20,000 nucleotides of DNA from an uncultured virus (IMG/VR IMGVR_UViG_3300034272_002197) (taxonomy: Duplodnaviria > Heunggongvirae > Uroviricota > Caudoviricetes), in the IMG/VR virus record IMGVR_UViG_3300034272_002197; one strand, 5' to 3'. Below the pieces are notes generated by a model. It was not told the origin of the DNA and made no database searches. It saw nothing but the letters and a program-made list of their open reading frames with translations. A program made the translations under genes and the position numbers. Below are positions 16,496 through 20,000 of the stretch, piece after piece; the first letter of the stretch is position 1; each line of letters opens with the position of its first letter.

Positions 16496-16995
16496 TAACA
16501 TTATATTTAGACATGGACGGAGTCGTAGCCGACTTTGATGAGTATGCGGCACGGACTTTGGGAATTCCTCCCAGCCAAGGAATATATCCTGATGAAGTGT
16601 GGTACAAATTGGCCAGCAATGCTAGACTTTATAGAGATCTAGTAAAAACATCTTATGCAGATGAGTTAGTTTTTCAATGCAGTCGACTTGCAAAACAACA
16701 TGGCTATGATTTAAAATTTCTAACTGCTGTACCTAAAGGCAATGATGTACCTTGGGCATTTTACGACAAAGTAGTTTGGGTGCAAACACATTTTCCAGGC
16801 ATTCCTGTTATGTTCGGCCCTTTCAGCAAAGACAAACATGTACATTGTCGCCCTGGTGATATTTTAATCGACGACCGCAAGAGTAATATTGAGGAATGGC
16901 GTGCTGCTGGTGGCCTAGCAATACTTCACACTGATTTTGCTGACACAATGACTCAATTGAATCACTTGATTCCGCAAGTTTCATTACAAGTATAA
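16492..16995 (+). CDS. HAD-superfamily 5'(3')-deoxyribonucleotidase-like protein
   Basis: LYLDMDGVVADF (motif I), FLTA (motif II), K, and ILIDDRKSNIEEWRAAGG (motif IV). Confidence 0.9.
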   Translation: MITLYLDMDGVVADFDEYAARTLGIPPSQGIYPDEVWYKLASNARLYRDLVKTSYADELVFQCSRLAKQHGYDLKFLTAVPKGNDVPWAFYDKVVWVQTHFPGIPVMFGPFSKDKHVHCRPGDILIDDRKSNIEEWRAAGGLAILHTDFADTMTQLNHLIPQVSLQV

Positions 16996-17957
16996 ATTTT
17001 ACCTTGTGCAACAGAGTCTAAATTCCAGGACTGCTCAATTTCATTAAACCATTCCACAGCATGTTCGATACTGTGTTCCAATGCATTATTATTTTTAATA
17101 ATAGGACGTAGCTGCATATTACTAGGATTACCTGTTTCTTGCATAGGATAGAACCCTAGCCAGCAGCATGGATATACTTCGCCGTTGGCTGTTATATATA
17201 TTTCTTTTTGTTTTTTGGCATAGCAGTCAATTTTTCTATTAGCATGCTCAGTCTGTAATATAGTAATTTCAGGTTTATCGACATAATGTAGATGAAACGT
17301 AAATAACTCGTCAAAGTTTTTACTACCAGTATAGTTGCCTAGGCTATGACTGTAATTTCCATCTCTAGTAAAAACTGGCCCGACGTTGCGTCCGGCGTCT
17401 ACAATGTGAAATTCTCGAAATCCCAACTGTTTAGATAATTCTCTAGCTTGATCAATTTGATGTTCATTGTGAACAAAAGGTATGAATGCCCATATTGCGT
17501 ATCCACCAGCAGCAATAAACTTACTAGCATTTTCCATAATCAAATCAAAATCTGTATATTGACGATATAGATGATGTGTATCTTTAAGACCGTCTAATCT
17601 AAAATGCACTCGTGTGTTTAATTCACCAAGTCGGCTCCAGATATTAGGACGACCGCTGGCATTGGTACTAATTTCGATTGTTAGATTGGGATTTACATCA
17701 GTAAAATATTCTACTATTTCTAATCCATCTCGGGCCGTGATAAAATCTCCGTAATTGCCGTTGATCAATATATGATTTAGTTGTTTAAGAAAAGAAGGGG
17801 GAAATATTTTTTTTGCCTGTTCTAACGACATGTCGCAGATAGGATAAGAATCAATGACATCAACACCTCGAAAATTTCTTGGACATTCAGGACAAGCAGC
17901 ATTGCATCTAGTTGAAATTTCCAAATGAACGCTGCTTATGTCATTGTATTTTAGCAT
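16962..17957 (-). CDS. Radical SAM enzyme with C-terminal SPASM/twitch-like Cys cluster
   Basis: HLEISTRCNAACPECPR (CxxxCxxC), GNYGD, ISTNAS, FRLDGL, and C-terminal C...IYITANGEVYPCCW...CNETC. Confidence 0.92.
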   Translation of the reverse strand: MLKYNDISSVHLEISTRCNAACPECPRNFRGVDVIDSYPICDMSLEQAKKIFPPSFLKQLNHILINGNYGDFITARDGLEIVEYFTDVNPNLTIEISTNASGRPNIWSRLGELNTRVHFRLDGLKDTHHLYRQYTDFDLIMENASKFIAAGGYAIWAFIPFVHNEHQIDQARELSKQLGFREFHIVDAGRNVGPVFTRDGNYSHSLGNYTGSKNFDELFTFHLHYVDKPEITILQTEHANRKIDCYAKKQKEIYITANGEVYPCCWLGFYPMQETGNPSNMQLRPIIKNNNALEHSIEHAVEWFNEIEQSWNLDSVAQGKIYTCNETCGIK

Positions 17958-17973
17958 TCAGTATTTAACTACA

Positions 17974-18690
17974 TTACACCTCCCCGTATAGTTTAAGAAC
18001 TTCAGCTACAGCAGGATGTCTTCTGACGTCCTTGACTGCAAATTCTACACCAGCAATGTATTGGCTGTCAAAGTTTCGAATCAAACTTTGGAAGTCCAAT
18101 AATCCGTTGTCCTTGGCCCTACGGTCGGCCTGCTGTGTATCACCTGTAATAACCATCTTGGAGTTTTCGCCGAGTCGAGTTAGCAGCATTTTCATCTGAC
18201 TTGGTGTCGCGTTTTGCATCTCATCTGCAATAATCCACGAATTTTTAAATGTCCGCCCTCGCATGTATGCTAGTGGAGCAATCTCAATATATTTTTCTTC
18301 TAGCAGACGCAATACCTCCTGTGGTTTGTAATACTCTTCTATGATATCAAAGATGGGCCTAGTCCAAGGTTCCATCTTTTGATTTAGTGTACCCGGCAAA
18401 AATCCGTGTTGCTCGTCGTCAACGCCTACTGCGGGCCTAGTAATAACAATCTTAGAGCATTCTCCTGCTCTAAATGCTTTTAGTGCAGCCAACACAGCCA
18501 GCATAGTTTTGCCTGTTCCTGCCGGGCCTGCGGCATATACTATTAAGCGTTGGGGATTTTCTAGTAAATCTATATAATTTTCTTGATTGAGACTCTTGGG
18601 AATTAGTTGAATGGTGCGGCGTTGTTTTTGATATGAATCTATTTGTACTACTTGTAATTGTGCTGCTTCGCTGCGACGGCGTTTGCTCAA
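17974..18690 (-). CDS. phoH: PhoH-family ATPase
   Basis: GPAGTGKT, IVITRPAV, GFLPGTL..KM.PW, APLAYMRGRTF, IIADEMQN, LLTRLGE, GDTQQAD and VRRHP motifs. Start set at TTG 18690 because AAAGGAGG lies 4 nt upstream. Confidence 0.95.
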   Translation of the reverse strand: MSKRRRSEAAQLQVVQIDSYQKQRRTIQLIPKSLNQENYIDLLENPQRLIVYAAGPAGTGKTMLAVLAALKAFRAGECSKIVITRPAVGVDDEQHGFLPGTLNQKMEPWTRPIFDIIEEYYKPQEVLRLLEEKYIEIAPLAYMRGRTFKNSWIIADEMQNATPSQMKMLLTRLGENSKMVITGDTQQADRRAKDNGLLDFQSLIRNFDSQYIAGVEFAVKDVRRHPAVAEVLKLYGEV

Positions 18691-18775
18691 GACTACCTCC
18701 TTTAAAATTGGTGGATCTGTCATTGCCTTGTCCTTGTAGTGGGCTTGGCAACCTTTTTAATCAAGTCCACGTAAA

Positions 18776-18781
18776 TATTTA
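18776..18781 (-). promoter_or_regulatory. Putative late promoter core (TAAATA) upstream of phoH
   Basis: Palindromic TAAATATTTA at 18772-18781 in the intergenic region. Confidence 0.45.
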
Positions 18782-18831
18782 AGAAGCTTAATTTATAATG
18801 AAAACTGTGTGTTTATTAATATTTTTCTGTG

Positions 18832-19356
18832 CTAAGTATTAGACCGTGCCCATTCACAGTAGAGTCTATTGTTTAGGTCTTGCTTTAAATCGACCAATTT
18901 AAATCCAAATTCTTCAGCATATTCATTTAACAATTTAGGACTCCAGGGAAAGAAGTCTATTGCTTGGCACTCTTTGTTTCCGTGGTCTTTGCGTCCGGGA
19001 TTTACACGCCAATAAATGCGGGCTGTGGGATTGAGTAGATTAACTACACACTTAATTTGATTCTTGATATTTTCTTCACTGCCAAAGTTTATGCTGCCTA
19101 AACATAATGCAACATCAAATCGTTGTTCTGTTTTGAAATCTTCGATTGTGGTTTGATGGTCAGCTTGCCCAAATGCAGGATCAATTCCGACCAAATTGGC
19201 AATCAGTGTTTTAAAAGGGTTTATACCACAGCCAACATCGATTACCCATTCATCTGGTTTAATTTTTTTAGAAAGAGTCAATCCAGAATATTGATAAAGA
19301 TTAAGATGCCCTCGCCAATGTTGGCTGAAATAATTATTAAGGTCTTGTTGATTCAT
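18832..19356 (-). CDS. Class I SAM-dependent methyltransferase (174 aa)
   Basis: VIDVGCGINPF, LVGIDPA, FDVALCLGSINF, LLNPTARIYWRVNPG. Start reset to ATG 19356 (MNQQD...) to avoid overlapping the divergent gene. Confidence 0.85.
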   Translation of the reverse strand: MNQQDLNNYFSQHWRGHLNLYQYSGLTLSKKIKPDEWVIDVGCGINPFKTLIANLVGIDPAFGQADHQTTIEDFKTEQRFDVALCLGSINFGSEENIKNQIKCVVNLLNPTARIYWRVNPGRKDHGNKECQAIDFFPWSPKLLNEYAEEFGFKLVDLKQDLNNRLYCEWARSNT

Positions 19357-19369
19357 ATAATTACTTATT

Positions 19370-19954
19370 ATGCTACCTGAAAGAATATTTTTTACTGGCG
19401 TTCCTGGATCGCGATGGAGCGGTATTGCCCAAATTTTAGAAAGTTTACCAGGATTTAATACTAGCGATCGTACACCCGAGCGCACATACACTCATCATAA
19501 TTATACAGGACATGTTGGCGCATACTTTGGTTGGGGTATGGAATTTGATCCACTAATTCGTTGGGTAGGCCAAGATCACATAGATCAAGCATGGACCGAG
19601 CCAGGCGGATGCAGATTGGTCAAAAGTCATCAATGGCCAGACAAATTTGACGAAATAGAAAAGTTTTATCCTGACGATTGGATAATGTTGGTTTATAGAC
19701 CCGACATGGTCAGCTATGCATGGTGGCACGAAGCAGGCGGATTTCAAATCAAATACCCTAGTTACAAATGGTATCAAGACGAAGCAGACATGCTACACGA
19801 AATATCTAGAAACAATAAACTGATGTTAGAATATGCTTGCCAAAAACGAGCCAGATGGCAATACTTTACTCCCGAATGGGTGTATGAACATTTTGGATAT
19901 CTAGTGGACATGCCCAAGGTTCACCCAGATATTTTAGTTACACTGATCAAATGA
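19370..19954 (+). CDS. Hypothetical protein with possible sulfotransferase-like P-loop fold
   Basis: N-terminal IFFTGVPGSRWSGIAQIL resembles the PAPS-binding loop of sulfotransferases (IFI.G.PRSG.T), followed by LVKSH and IMLVYRP (cf. I.L.RDP). The loop is divergent. Confidence 0.5.
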   Translation: MLPERIFFTGVPGSRWSGIAQILESLPGFNTSDRTPERTYTHHNYTGHVGAYFGWGMEFDPLIRWVGQDHIDQAWTEPGGCRLVKSHQWPDKFDEIEKFYPDDWIMLVYRPDMVSYAWWHEAGGFQIKYPSYKWYQDEADMLHEISRNNKLMLEYACQKRARWQYFTPEWVYEHFGYLVDMPKVHPDILVTLIK

Positions 19955-20000
19955 GAGATCACGTTTGGTATATTAAATACTGTAGTGCCATAACAATTTT
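19951..20000 (+). CDS. Probable start of next gene (3'-truncated)
   Basis: ATGA overlap with the previous stop; reads MRDHVWYIKYCSAITI open to the window edge. Confidence 0.5.
   Translation, partial: MRDHVWYIKYCSAITI

Noticed and set aside
19357..19491. Longer N-terminus of the minus-strand methyltransferase
   Set aside because: It would overlap the divergent gene head-to-head by 122 bp; ATG 19356 gives a compact domain.
1..20000. Stop-codon reassignment, as in some jumbo phages
   Set aside because: Long genes are intact under code 11, and TAA, TGA and TAG all appear as sensible stops (TAG ends the MazG and methyltransferase genes).
1..20000. tRNA or rRNA genes
   Set aside because: Intergenic gaps are short, and none shows a cloverleaf or a T-loop GTTCRA in a suitable context.
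1..20000. Cellular (bacterial or archaeal) or eukaryotic giant-virus origin
   Set aside because: Tail collar and fibre genes, SD sequences, a sigma70 promoter, ATGA-coupled operons and the PhoH/MazG/GroES/clamp-loader mix fit a large bacteriophage better.

Overview
AT-rich, densely coding 20 kb segment of a large (probably jumbo) tailed phage using the standard genetic code. From left to right it holds: the C-terminus of an Fe/Mn superoxide dismutase and an ErpA-type Fe-S carrier (auxiliary metabolic genes); a virion module of two Asn/Ala/Gly-rich fibre-like proteins, a 1249-aa Ig-repeat baseplate-like protein and a 360-aa structural protein; a sigma70-promoter block (MazG-like NTP-PPase, small ORF, a stand-alone N-terminal fragment of DnaE); a tightly coupled run of GroES, FkbM methyltransferase, RFC/gp44-type clamp loader, cupin and HAD nucleotidase; and convergent or divergent radical SAM, PhoH, SAM methyltransferase and sulfotransferase-like genes. 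The gene content resembles my recollection of Rak2/GAP32-type jumbo myoviruses and uncultured aquatic relatives (inference, no search run). The most notable observations are: a DnaE fragment ending just before the catalytic PDxDxD motif; a hairpin that is at once a terminator, an RBS mask and a sigma70 promoter; a candidate SD-sequestering pseudoknot; and T4-late-like TAAATA motifs placed 4-6 nt before start codons, including two divergent genes only 13 bp apart. All calls come from motif recognition by eye.
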